DNA of 55,601 nucleotides, the filler included, from Bipalium vagum (lineage: Eukaryota), in assembly GCA_037834085.1 (NCBI GenBank). It is 3 parts of 3 records of this genome, joined end to end, with 100 filler letters (N's around TTAATTAATTAA, not from the genome) between each part and the next. Parts side by side here need not be neighbours in the genome. Positions count along the whole stretch, not along the records: positions 1 to 18,483 come from JBBMKC010027729.1; positions 18,584 to 38,884 come from JBBMKC010255862.1; 1 more part is not named here. One strand, given 5' to 3'. A model generated the notes under the pieces. The model searched no databases and had not been told where the DNA came from. It saw nothing but the letters and a program-made list of their open reading frames with translations. Every line of letters begins with the position of its first letter. Position 1 is the first letter of the stretch. The position numbers and the translations under genes were made by a program. Shown one piece after another: positions 12,561 to 24,235 of the stretch.

Positions 12561-13665
12561 TAATCCCGACTCGAGTTTTCATATCAAATTAAAAAGTTAA
12601 ATAGATAAATCACAGAACAGTCAGGAATGATAAATTAAAATTAAAACACAACACTGTCTTAACAGAGCGGTCAACGGATCCTGAGGTCGTCTACTAGGCC
12701 CTTAACTCGAAGGGACTCATTCTAAAAATCATGTTGCATGTTGTCTGAAAAAGAAATAATGAGAGTAAATTGCTTACGATAAATCAATAAATTTTGAACT
12801 GAAATCTTCCCACAAAAATAAATTTTTCAAATAATTAATCCTCAGATTGTTAAATTCATCCGATGATAAGCTTCCAAATAACATTCTTATAATCAATAAA
12901 TTGCCATCTTCAATTACAAAAACAGACTTTCTTTTCGGGGAATTTCTCAAATGAGATCCTCATCTTATATAGTGGGAACAGGTTAGCAATGAGCACTATT
13001 CGCTACTTTTGGAAGAATATTTACTCCGATAGCCCAAAATTTCCTAAATTATGTTACACTTCTTTAGATGACGATAATTGGTACATAATCTTTTTATAAA
13101 TTATTATCTCGGCGAGATAAATTTCTGTTTTTAAATTATTATTGATCCTAGATGTCAGTCTTTGACGAACCCAACACTTAAAAACTTAAGATCACCCTCT
13201 TTCATGCCTCAATCACAGAGGCCTACATTTTTTTTTCAGTTAACTGTAACAAATGTTTAACAAAATTAACTAAAAACCGCAACTTTGTATTCACAATACC
13301 AGGTTTAGATATTTTTTTTAAAAAATCTCTAAACATTTATAATTAAAAAATCAATTATACTTAATAATGTCATAAAATTAAAATGGTATTAAATAAGGTG
13401 TAAAATATTTCAAGTCTCTTATTGATATTTTAAGTTATTTTCATAGATTTTAAGATCTATTTTTTTTACAAATTCTGATGTACACATCATTTTATTTTTT
13501 TAATTAGATTAAAAAATTTGCCAACCAAGAAACATTACATTGCTGCTAATTCGAAAATAAAAAATCAAAACTATTTATTAATTTAATGAAACAGTACAAA
13601 ACATAATTTTTAAACTTCCGTTAAAACAAGGATTATAAAGATTTTTATTGTACAAACATTATCGG

Positions 13666-14456
13666 TTAAATCTGTAAGCTATTAAGCTTATTCATCAGGT
13701 CGTCTAAATAAAAAACATCAACTTTTCTCAAGGAATGTAAAACCAACTTGTCTTTTGGTTGATCCAATTCAGCGATTGCATGTGAGCGTTCAAGATCCGA
13801 GTGACCTGAGCCATAACATCACCTCCAGAAGCGGACAATTCATTTGTATCCGAATCGTAGGCTTTGTTTTGAGTATTAATTCGGTCAACCATTTGTTTAA
13901 CATCTCCGGATATGTTTCCTAGCTCAGTCTGACAGTTTTCTGCCAACTGATAAATATTTTCTCGTGCCCTGTCAGGATACTGATAGCGAATGCTTAAAAT
14001 GGAGCTCTGTTGCAATTCTTTCTCAATACTTTCTGTGGCTGCTTCCAACTCATCTTGCTGATCTTCAAAAAGCTGCAGTTCTTGTTCCAAACGGGTCTGA
14101 TCCATGGTACATTGTTCGATTTTATCATGAAGACTAGCAATCTTATCAGCATTATTCATTAACTGACAGTCCCTCTCATTCATCTTACGTGCTTCATCTA
14201 CAAAGCAGCTTTCTAAATGGTCTAGTTCTCTAGTCCATTTATTGATCATTTCTTCCATTTGACTATATGTCATATCTTATATTATTAAAATATTTATTCT
14301 TTTTATTATTACTTGGTAAGTTATTAACTTGAGCCTGCACAGTAGGCTGGGTTGTTAAAGAATTCTGTGGTGAAGTTCCGAAAGGAAATTGCGCAGCATC
14401 TATTCAGATTCATTACTTAAATAAATGTGAAATCTTAAATGAAACCTACTAGACAT
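13666..14456 (-). CDS. NUP62: Nucleoporin Nup62/Nsp1 homologue: C-terminal coiled-coil with a very short N-terminus, 4 exons
   Basis: Exons 14456-14450, 14399-14313, 14275-13748, 13703-13666; introns of 50, 37 and 44 nt, all GT-AG phase 1. Protein MSNAAQFPFGTSPQ...MTYSQMEEMINKWTRELD...RLEQELQLFEDQQDELE...RENIYQLAE...QVTRILNAHMQSLNWINQKTNDLMNKLNSLQI*. INKW..EL and ILNAHM.SL.WI are Nsp1_C/Nup62 hallmarks. Confidence 0.88.
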
Positions 14457-15115
14457 TTTAAAATATTATTTAAAATATATTTATTTAAACAAATTTCTTT
14501 TTAAGTATTTCACTTGACTAATAATAATTTTGGTAAATATTTTAGAATCTGAGAAATTAATACATTTTAAACTGAAATTATTTTAAAAATTTTTAATTTT
14601 TTCAATAAAATTATTTAGAAGTAAATTGATTTTTCATTTATAAGCTGTTTCTCTAAATATCTGTTATTTTGACTGATTTTTTAAAAAAAAATTCGATATA
14701 TATACATTCCTGAAATTTTTTTAAAATGTCTCATTTTCATTTTGATGTGGTACTACGCCTGTTAAGGAATTTTAATAAAATTTTTAAAAACTATTTCGTG
14801 TATTAAAACTAATCAACCTTAAAATGTTATTATAAAAATTCAAACATTCTTTTTATGAAATAAAATATCATTTCTTAAAAATTTTATTCAACAAGATATT
14901 ATTATATATCTCTTTAAATATAGTTCATTTTATTCAAAATGTTTATAAAATAACTTATTTATAATCGGTTTTGGTCAGTCTCATTTAACTGATTTTGAAA
15001 TTTAGGTGATATCTCATAAAAACTTAAAATTCAATTTTTAATAACTTTTATTATAAAGCAACAATATCAATAAAGTATAATTAGCGAAAACGATTTAGGG
15101 AATGCAGCTCGATAA

Positions 15116-16407
15116 TTAGGCATAATAAACGAGATTTGGCTTTTTTCGTGCTTGGACCTCGAAGATTGCATCCATAAAATCGTCGTGTTCTATTCGAGCA
15201 TTTCCTCTTCTTAAAGCAAGCATACCAGCTTCTACACAAACAGCTTTACACTGAGCTCCATTAAAATCATCTGTGCACCGAGCTAACTCTTCGAAATTCA
15301 CGGCTTTTGACAAGGTCATCTTCCTGGAATGAATTTGCATTATTCTTGCTCTTGCTTCTTCATTTGGAGTGGGAAATTCAATTTTTCTATCAATTCTTCC
15401 ACTTCTTAATAATGCTGGGTCCAATGAATCTACTCTATTTGTTGCAGCAATCACCTTTACTTGATCATTTGGTTGAAATCCATCTAGTTGATTAAGTAAT
15501 TCCAACATTGTACGTTGAACTTCTCGATCCCCAGATTTTTCACTATCGAATCTTTTAGTTCCTATAGCATCCAGTTCATCAATGAAAATAATAGTTGGTG
15601 CCTTCTCTTTTGCTAATTGAAATGCATCACGTACAAGCTTAGCTCCATCACCAATGTACATTTGAACAAGCTGTGGTCCTGCTAACTTAAGAAACGTAGC
15701 TTTTGTTTGAGCTGCGCATGCTCTAGCTAATAATGTTTTACCGGTACCTGGTGGCCCATACATTAAAACCCCTTTTGGCGGCTTAATGCCAATGGCTTCA
15801 AAACGATCTTTATGAGTAAATGGGAGAACAACTGACTCAATGAGTTCTTGAATTTGCTTGTCTAAACCTCCTATATCAGTGTAGACTTCAGATGGACGTT
15901 CATCGATTTCCATAGCTTTAACTCTTGAATCTATTTCGGAGGGCAATTTTTCCAAGATCAAAAATGAATCTTTATTTACTCCAACTATATCTCCAGGTTT
16001 TAAGTCTGAATGATGCACTAAGCCGATACGTGGGAGAAATATTGATTGTCTAGTACTGGTTTTTATGACCGCACATTTACCATTAATCCCTGCTTCCTCA
16101 TCCATAGTTCCTCCATCTTCTTCTTCGGGTTCCAAATCCAAAATTTCAGTAACAGTGGAAACCAAGTAAGGGGTGACCTTGTTCATTTTGATTTTGTCTT
16201 TATTTTCTTTTAGTTCAAACTCTTTTGCTTTAAATTCTGATTTTACTATTCTTAATTCGCTTCCCAGCAGACTTATTTCATTACTAATTAAATTAGATCT
16301 TGTAATCAGATCCTCAGTTGACATTTGAGCTACTTCATCCATAAAATCAGTCTAGTAAAAATAAATTTATTTAATACTAAAAATTAAGAAAATACATTTT
16401 CAGTCAT
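15116..16407 (-). CDS. PSMC3: 26S proteasome AAA-ATPase regulatory subunit 6A (Rpt5)
   Basis: Exon 1 16407-16396 (MTEN), a 44-nt intron, then exon 2 16351-15116. Contains [11 protein letters not shown], Walker [33 protein letters not shown], Walker [25 protein letters not shown] and the C-terminal HbYX tail NLVYYA. Confidence 0.97.
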
Positions 16408-18199
16408 CGTTGCAACCTAATAATATTTATATAAACAAAATTTATTAATTTTTTATTTATTATTTCAATTAATTAATCAAAAAATAATGTTTTTAAAAAT
16501 AATTTTTAAAACTAAAAACATTCGTATAAATTAAAACTTTTAATTTAACTATTAATTACTTGGTTCTATAAGTAAAAAAAATAAAATTTCTAAATAAATT
16601 ATTTAATTAATATAAAGTAATCTATAAAAAATCGGAAAATACAATTTATTAAATTAACATAAACCAAGCACATGAACACATCTCCATTAATGAGGTTTAT
16701 ATAATTTATATTAAAAAATATTTTAATTCTACATTAATTTATTCACATTCCGTAATTATGAAAGATTATTTAATGGAAATAATCAGACCATGGGAACTTT
16801 TATTTTTAAAGTCATATTTAAACAATATCTTTGTGAAATTTAAAATTTTTCAACAATTGTATTTATTTAAATATAAAAATTTCATTTAATTTTAAATATT
16901 TTTCCGAAATGAGACATAATAATAAATAATAATAATACTAATAATAACAATGATAATAATAATAATTATTATTATAGTATTAATAACATTATAATCTTAA
17001 ATCTTAATTAATTATATTATTTTAAAAAAGTATATTTATTTAATAGCTTATTAATATTAACAATTTATAATTATTTGATTTTTAATAGGAAGGGAGTATA
17101 TAATAAAATTATTTTCGAAATAATAATTCTAATAGGTGACAATAAAATAAAATTAATTAGAATTCTGTTACTCTGATTATCGGACCAGCAGTGAGAGGGC
17201 AGTGTGAGGCAGAATAGAGAAAATCGAGACCTGAAACACGATTCTCGTCTAATATGTAAAAAATATTTCTCCATTTTCATCTGAAATAAACGAAAAATTA
17301 ATTTTTTTACTAATTTTCACAAAATTTGAAATCAATAAAATTCGGCATTTCACAAAATTAAAGAAATTAAAAATCAATAAATAAATTAATTGCATGAATT
17401 TAATTAATTCAGCCACTATTTCCATTTAAATTACAATGAAATCTTGTAAACATTTTTATAAATTTGTTTCTTATAAAACCCATTGAAAAAGTAAACATAT
17501 TTATCATAAAAATATAAAATGTTATTGTTAATAGAACTTCCAATTAAAAAAAGAATTCTCTTTTATAAAAGATTATTTATTAATTTTAGTTATTTATAAA
17601 TAATAACGTTATATAATCTAAATTATATAAAAAACAATCAAACAACTAAAGATCTCACTTCAAAATCGTTTTGATGTGTTCAATAATTATCAACAATCCT
17701 TAATCAAATCAATCGTTGCGCAGATGCAATACGGTGAAATTAATACTATTGTTCCTCGGAAGATACGATATTTTTAGTTACCTATGTAATTTCACCTGAT
17801 TTAAATAGTGTAAGAACTTGGTTGCATTTAGATGACCAGGCAACGAACGGCCATCCCATCTGTTGCGGGATCCCAGTAACCGAAAGGCCGATGGTATTCA
17901 ATATCCAAACCCCATGATGATGACTGATGAATAAACAAGAAAACGATGAAGATGGTGTCCGATGCAGATTTTCCTCTAAAGAGGTGGCTTTTCTTAAATA
18001 ATTTTATTTGTTGTAAATCTAAACCTTTTAATTAAATGGTAATGAAATATCATACCAATTAATGTCTCCTAATAAAGGTACCCATCAAAAAATCAATAAT
18101 CTTCAATGATATTAAAATTTCAGTCTCGACCTCATCAATGATTAAAATAAATAAAAAATATTAATAATCAAATTTTCTTGTTATTTCCTTATAAAAATG

Positions 18200-18407
18200 A
18201 CAATTACTTTGAACCGTATTTGGTTCAGATTCCTCGGTAAGCTACTCGGATCCTTTCATTCACTTGTCAGCAGCCAGACTCTCTGAAAGTCCAAGCACAA
18301 TCATTAACATAATGCATACTCGAATCCCACTTAGTTTCTTTGATACTTCAAATTCGTTGACTGTTGGTGTGACCAGTCCCTTGACTTTCTTTGGCAGCTA
18401 ATCCTGC

Positions 18408-18472
<65 letters not shown>

Positions 18473-18483
18473 TTATTATTATT
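18200..18483 (+). repeat. Non-coding element ending in a stem-loop and an (ATT)n tail; possible SINE/LINE 3' end
   Basis: GC-richer stretch ends in TGGCAG-CTAATC-CTGCCA (18392-18409), directly followed by (TAT)n running into the gap. Confidence 0.4.
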
Positions 18484-18583
18484 NNNNNNNNNNNNNNNNN
18501 NNNNNNNNNNNNNNNNNNNNNNNNNNNTTAATTAATTAANNNNNNNNNNNNNNNNNNNNNNNNNNNNNNNNNNNNNNNNNNNN
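18484..18583. other. Assembly gap (100 nt) with artificial TTAATTAATTAA linker
   Basis: N-run with the all-frame-stop linker at 18528-18539. An identical construct is at 38885-38984. Confidence 0.95.
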
Positions 18584-18630
18584 ATAATAATAATAATAAT
18601 AAGAATAATAATAATAATAATAATAATAAT
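18584..18630. repeat. (AAT)n microsatellite
   Basis: Direct trinucleotide repeat with one AAG interruption. Confidence 0.95.
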
Positions 18631-19029
18631 TTGATTTCCAACATTAGATAATGAAGATTTAAAAATTCATATTTTTATTTTTAAGTTTAACTTTCTTTAT
18701 ATCCAATAAAAACTTATATTTAACAAATAATCTGACTAAGAATCCTTAAGTTAGAATAATATTAACAAAACAAATATATAAAGGAAAACTTGTACCCAAA
18801 CCAAATAAAACAAGTTTAGTAATTTATAAATAATAATTTAATTTTTATAAAAATTATTTTAAGCAAAAAATATTATATTGATACGGAAATTTTCGATTTA
18901 ATTTATTTCAAATAATTCTCATTTTCAACAAAAACGAACCACTAAAAAAATAAAAGTTAACAAAAAAATTATCAAATATATTTTATCAAGTTACATGAAA
19001 TAAATTTCTGTTGAAAATATTTAGAGATG

Positions 19030-20000
19030 TCAGTAGAGAGTCACCACCTCTTACGGTGCAATCTTGAATATTTCTTTTCATACCATAAAAATACGATTTA
19101 TTTCCCGTTGTATTATGTTGTTTCATATTTGTTAAAATTGATTTTTTATTTCATACAATGCGCTTGGAGTAAAAAAAGAATACCATAGCTGATGATAACC
19201 CACACATTTTCAACATGAGATAAATCTGGTTTATGCGCTGCCTAAGTTATTGTTTTCACTTCTGATCCTTCCAAATAATTCTCTGTTATACTGTTGGTAT
19301 GAGGTATCGCGTTGTCTTGTTGGAAACTACTGCCTGGAAGTGTTTGCATTAATGAAGATCATACGGGTCACAGAATTTCATCTGTTTATTCATGATCATT
19401 CAAATAAGCACATAAATACAAGGGGTGACCAAAGCATTCCATATTTACTGATTTAACGCCCTTGCAACTTGGTAACAACGAACTATTGTTTTTCAGTCAC
19501 CATGGTGACGTCTGACTCTCAAGCGTTCATCACTTTGTCATAAATAAAAATTTGATTGATTACTAAATAATCTCCTTCCATTCTGTCACTTTAACGTTTT
19601 TTTGTCTTTCTTACGGCTTTATGATCTGATGTCAATAGAAACATCGCCGACCAAGACTACTTAATCTTTGATATGTAATATTTGAAAAACACCTTTTTTT
19701 CTAAGATTCATTTTTAACAGCTAGGAGATGAAGATTCGTGGTGCAAGTTTGTTGGTACTTCAATGTTGTCCACTGATTCTGTGACAATGGTAAAAGCCTG
19801 TCTCACACCACGCATGCCATACCCTTCTCTCCAATTGTCTGGTGATTTCTCAATAAACTTATACAAGTTTCATGAGATCCTAATATTTGACATCTTTCAA
19901 ACTTTCATAGTGGGATGAAATTTTGCGGTTTTCTTATTCCAATCATATTGTTAAATGTAATATGAGAAAAATTATCATTGATTGATAATTTACTCACCTA
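19030..20000 (-). mobile_element. Decayed Tc1-family (DD34E) transposon
   Basis: Minus strand motifs EWKEII..., SSFQQDNAIPH (about 19300-19335) and PDLSHVENVW (about 19200-19229), with many stops. Confidence 0.75.
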
Positions 20001-20159
20001 TTTAAATGATTGCATACAAATGTGCAAAACTGATTGAATTGGATTGATTAAACAACAGGTGCAATAATTCCAATGCAATTGATCAAAATAATAAAATGTG
20101 ACTTATAATAAGACATTTAACACAAAATTAAATATGTAGAAAGTTCACTAGATTGCAAA

Positions 20160-20700
20160 GATTAAAACTGAATTATTCAAATATTATTTTTATTTGAAAA
20201 CACAAATTATAGAAATTTTTCTAGAAAAAGCGTTAGTGTCATTTGAAAAAGTTATTTGTTATTTCGCTACAAAGTCATTCGAAAAAGTTTTCGGTTACAT
20301 AAAGAAGAAATTACTGAGAGATTGAACCAACATTTTCCTGAAGTATGTTCGATTTATTTTTAATAACGGACAATCAACGGTCGGTTGATCTAATGGTTGG
20401 ATGAATTCTCAAAATTTGGTAAGGATTCTTCATTCTATTATTGATATTGCTCTTTATCAATAACAATTTACATTTTCTTTTAACAGTTTGGTGATCTGAC
20501 AGATTAATGTTTTTACTCTTAAATAAATTTGAGACATTGGTTGAGAGTTTTAAGTTGATCTAGTTGATCGGAAGAATCTAAAATCGATAGTTGTAGAAAT
20601 ATTTGATATTTGCGCAAATCATTGTTTTATTGTCAATAAGATTTTATTGTTGAACTGATTATTATTCTTTTATGATTAACATCAACCAGTAGTAAAGAGG
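20160..20700 (-). mobile_element. pogo-like DDE transposase remnant
   Basis: Minus strand IQPLDQ at about 20385-20402, the pogo/CENP-B QPxD motif. Confidence 0.5.
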
Positions 20701-21109
20701 AAACATAGTGACTTAAAGCTTAAATAAGTATTACTAGTTTGGTATTACTAATTAATTACTAATTACTAAGTATTACTAATTTCTAAAATCTGGTCTTTTT
20801 TATAATAACATTTCCAGGAGCAATTAAATAAGATTTTGAAAACAAACCAATGATATAAAGTTATAAATTTACGAACCTCACAGCACCATTACTTTTATTA
20901 AAAATTAAAATGGCTTTTTCAAAAATTATTTTAACATATGAACTATTATGGATGTTAGTTACTGCCAAGTTATCTACACTTTTGGGATTCATAAATTCAA
21001 GATTGAGTATAATATTTATTTTATGAAAATAATTGAATAATTGACTGGGTATTTCTTTTTATTATTTATTTAAACAAACTATTAGTTATAAAAAATTTAA
21101 TTAACATTA

Positions 21110-21400
21110 CAGGGTATGCAGAAATATATAGAAAAATATTCAAAATATATAGAAAATTATTCAGAAATTATTATAATGGAAATGTACACTAAATAAATTA
21201 TTGTCTCACCAAGGTTTTTCTATAAACCGCCTCATGTTGCGAAAATATTCTTTTAAATCTGTATTGTTATGCATGAGTACTTGAGTAATCAATCTTCCCG
21301 ATCTATAATGGTTCTCATAAAAGATGATACAGTATTTGCGAATTGTAGCTGAGGCGAGTATGGTGGCAGAAATCTATAAAAGAAAACTTTAAATTATTTT
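21110..21400 (-). mobile_element. IS630/Tc1-like transposase C-terminal remnant
   Basis: Minus strand FLPPYSPQL at about 21346-21372, then a frameshifted EYFRNMRRFIEK. TA-CAGGGT terminus near 21108. Confidence 0.6.
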
Positions 21401-21549
21401 AAAAATTTATTTTACATTAACGATTAAATTTTCGATAGAATCCGAATGAAATACATTTTTTGTCTATGTTATATATTTATCATTGTAAAATAAATAAAAT
21501 GAAATACTAATAGAATGTTTTTATTTATAACTTATTTGCTAAACTTGTT

Positions 21550-22600
21550 GTTAAATATAATTACCATATAGCCGTTCTCACCTTCTCATTTCTTTTTCTA
21601 AAGTTTGAGCTTACTTTCTTTGGATGCTCATTGCTGATAATTTAGAATTCGGCATCAATAGCACCCAGAAGAGAATCAGTATAAGGATACTGGAACTTAT
21701 TTGCTTGTCTTTCAATCACACCGATAAATTCTTTGACCAAAACATATCAACATTTTTTGCGAGCCAGTTTTGAACTAATAGACTTTTATTCTACATTCTC
21801 CATCCAGGGTTTTACTAAAGTCATCAAAACATTCAAATAAACATCCTTGGTGATTTTTAGACCCTACTGAAAAAAGAATGGTGGTATAGCATGGCCTTCA
21901 CTCGAACCTACACTGAAGATATGTACACAAACTGGAAATTTGGTCTTTCCTACCACAGGCCATCCTTAGGGCTTTGAGTAGGCCACCGGTGATTTCTTCT
22001 GTTCACCTTTTTCAAACAGTGAAAATCTTAGAAAAACGGACGCAGCTAGAAGCTTTTTGTTTCAGAGAGTGAAGAAGCAATTTGCACCTGGAAACTGTTT
22101 TTAGCCTGGTGGTCTCTGAGAGAATCAGGTTGACTTCCCGAGTGTAAAATTTATACCTTAGATCCTCTTCAGCCAAATGACTTTGTTCTTTGTACTCATT
22201 CCCAAGATCGATGTCATTTTCCGCATTGATGTTCCTGGGTCTTTCCTTATCATATCATTAGCTCTTGCGATAATTTGTGCAATCCTCTTTGTTTCCTGTC
22301 TGTTTTGAATCTTCTTAATGGATCGGCATTGGTCTCCTAAGATTTTTTTGAGATAGTGTGTCTCTGCCACATCGTACACTGTGAATTTCGCGTATCAAAA
22401 TTTTTTTATTGTTTCAGCGGGCGCTCTTCCGGCATGAAGGCTATTGGTGATGGCAGCCTTTTTCGTATTCATTCAGATTTTCAATTTTAAAGTCGCTTTG
22501 ATATAATATATTGAAATTATCAATCTAAACAAAAAATAATTAAACAATCCATGATTTCTAATGGATTTAAACTTTGTCCGGATTCTAGCACAGCACCCTG
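21550..22600 (-). mobile_element. maT/Bmmar1-like (DD37D) transposon, decayed
   Basis: 5' TIR CAGGGTGCTGTGCTAGAATCCGGAC next to TA at 22601-22602. Translated relics AAITNSLHAGRAPAETIK..TVYDVA, KDPGTSMRKM and KTKFPVCVHIFSVGSSEGHAIPPFFF...YLNVLMTLVKPWM. Confidence 0.85.
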
Positions 22601-22762
22601 TATTATTTAAAAATGTCTTTTAAAAAAATTTATAAATTATCTTTAATTATTTTATATTAATTAAAATTTAACTCTGGGTATATGTAAAATTTAATTGGGA
22701 TAAACAATCAATGCACAGTGAAGTTTTAATTTTAATTGTACTATCAGTTATGAAATACTTAC

Positions 22763-22996
22763 TTCAATCCAGATGCAAATTGGCATAACCAGAAGAGCCA
22801 GGCTTATGTCAGCTACGGCCAAGGAGAGGATAAAATAATTGGTGGTTGTCCTTAAACTGCGCTCTTTAATTATACTCAGCACCACGAGAGAATTTCCCAA
22901 AAGAGTAAAGAATGGAATTAAAAATAATGTCAAGTACCAATACTGTCTGGGCTGAATAGAATCAGGGGTACCCGTCCTCCAAGAATTATTATCCAT
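22763..22996 (-). CDS. First coding exon (N-terminus, TM1, TM2) of a D2-dopamine-like aminergic class A GPCR; downstream exons not found
   Basis: MDNNSW...QYWYLTLFLIPFFTLLGNSLVVLSIIKERSLRTTTNYFILSLAVADISLALLVMPICIWIE, then GTAAGT. GN in TM1, ERSL.T.TNYFI.SLAVAD and VMP are aminergic receptor motifs. A phase-0 intron after TM2 is as in D2-type genes. Confidence 0.85.
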
Positions 22997-24171
22997 TAAT
23001 TCCTCAACTAAATAAAGTTGAAAAAGATAATCAAATGAAATATTTTGTACTTCAAATATTTTAAAAAGAAATATTCGCAAGATATTCAGTTATTGATCAA
23101 GAGCACTGTTTATCATTGAAATGTTTTCGGTAGTTTTTTAACACCGAGAATATTAATTTAATTTCATGTAGCATAATATGCACCGAAGGTTCTTCGTTCA
23201 TTCTTAATTTTATTATCATGCATAAAATATCTTACATTAAGTTAAATTTTCAGGAAAAATGTTGAGTTTTTTTATCAGTTAGTTAACAAACTAATGATAA
23301 ATAATTATAAAAAATTCGGTTGAACTTCGATATCACTGCAGGTCTTTTGTCAAGGTTAATTTAATATTTATGAATTTAATATTTCTTATGTTATTCAATG
23401 TGTTTTAGAATTCAGATTTACAGAGTGATTTTTTAATCATCGGAGCGTTTTTTAGGATCTTAAATTTACTTACTTAAATTACTTAAATTTAATAAAAATA
23501 CTATATAGTTACAAAAGTAAAACTAAAATTAATATTTCTTTGAAATTAGATAATTCATTTAAAACAAAAACAAAATGTTGCAGCTATATCGAATGAAATC
23601 CAAAAGTACAAATGGAAATACCAGAAAAAGTGGAAAATTGATTATTTGTTCAATTTTGATAATCGCCTTTAAAAAATAAGTTATATCAGGAATTCCAGAT
23701 TTCTTTTTGATGAGAAATAATAAATATTAACTTAATTGAAGAAAATTTGTTACAGTAATCATTTTTATTTCGTTCGATAAAAATTCGATTATGACGAAAT
23801 CTGTTCATTTTAAATGGAAGGGGAAAAATTGCCAAATATCACCAAGCTCAGTTTTACAAAAAATGTTAAGATGATTAGACCATAATTAACACTTTGCAAT
23901 AACTAATTAAATTATGAAAAAATTGTTTATTAAGCCTCAATACTCAAAAATCAAATATAAAAAAATTTAATTAAATTTTCATTCATTTGTCATTCAGACC
24001 TAAATTAATAATAAATGTGACTTCAAAGGAAAACTGTAAATAGTTTCAGATAACATTTTTTAGATTTCGATTAATAATTATATACTATGACAAAACAAAT
24101 AATTTTAATTGGATAACATAGGCACAATTCTTAGATTTCGATTATGGCAGTGAGATTAATTGAAAATTAGT

Positions 24172-24235
24172 CGGGGTGTAGCTCAGAAGTCAAAGCAGTC
24201 CAAGCGCATGTGAAAGGCCTATGCTAAAATCTTTC
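24172..24235 (+). pseudogene. Possible tRNA-derived relic or SINE head
   Basis: CGGGGTGTAGCTCAGAAGTCAAAGC resembles a tRNA 5' end and A-box. No intact B-box (GTTCRA) or cloverleaf. Confidence 0.25.

Noticed and set aside
17915-17950. CTGATGA...GAAA suggestive of a hammerhead ribozyme
   Set aside because: There is no base-paired stem II between the motifs and no compatible stems I/III.
18528-18539. TTAATTAATTAA palindrome inside N-runs (also 38929-38940)
   Set aside because: Artificial scaffolding linker centred in exactly 100-nt gaps; not biological.
20725-20782. Short TACTAAT/TATTACTA tandem repeats (and the roughly 21-bp duplication at 21121-21165)
   Set aside because: Low-complexity slippage repeats with no spacer structure; not CRISPR-like.
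21210-21373. AG/GT-bounded open frame (ISATILASATIRKYC...) that looked like GPCR exon 2 with the right phases
   Set aside because: It has no TM3/DRY similarity, and another frame reads FLPPYSPQL, an IS630/Tc1 transposase motif, so it is a TE relic.
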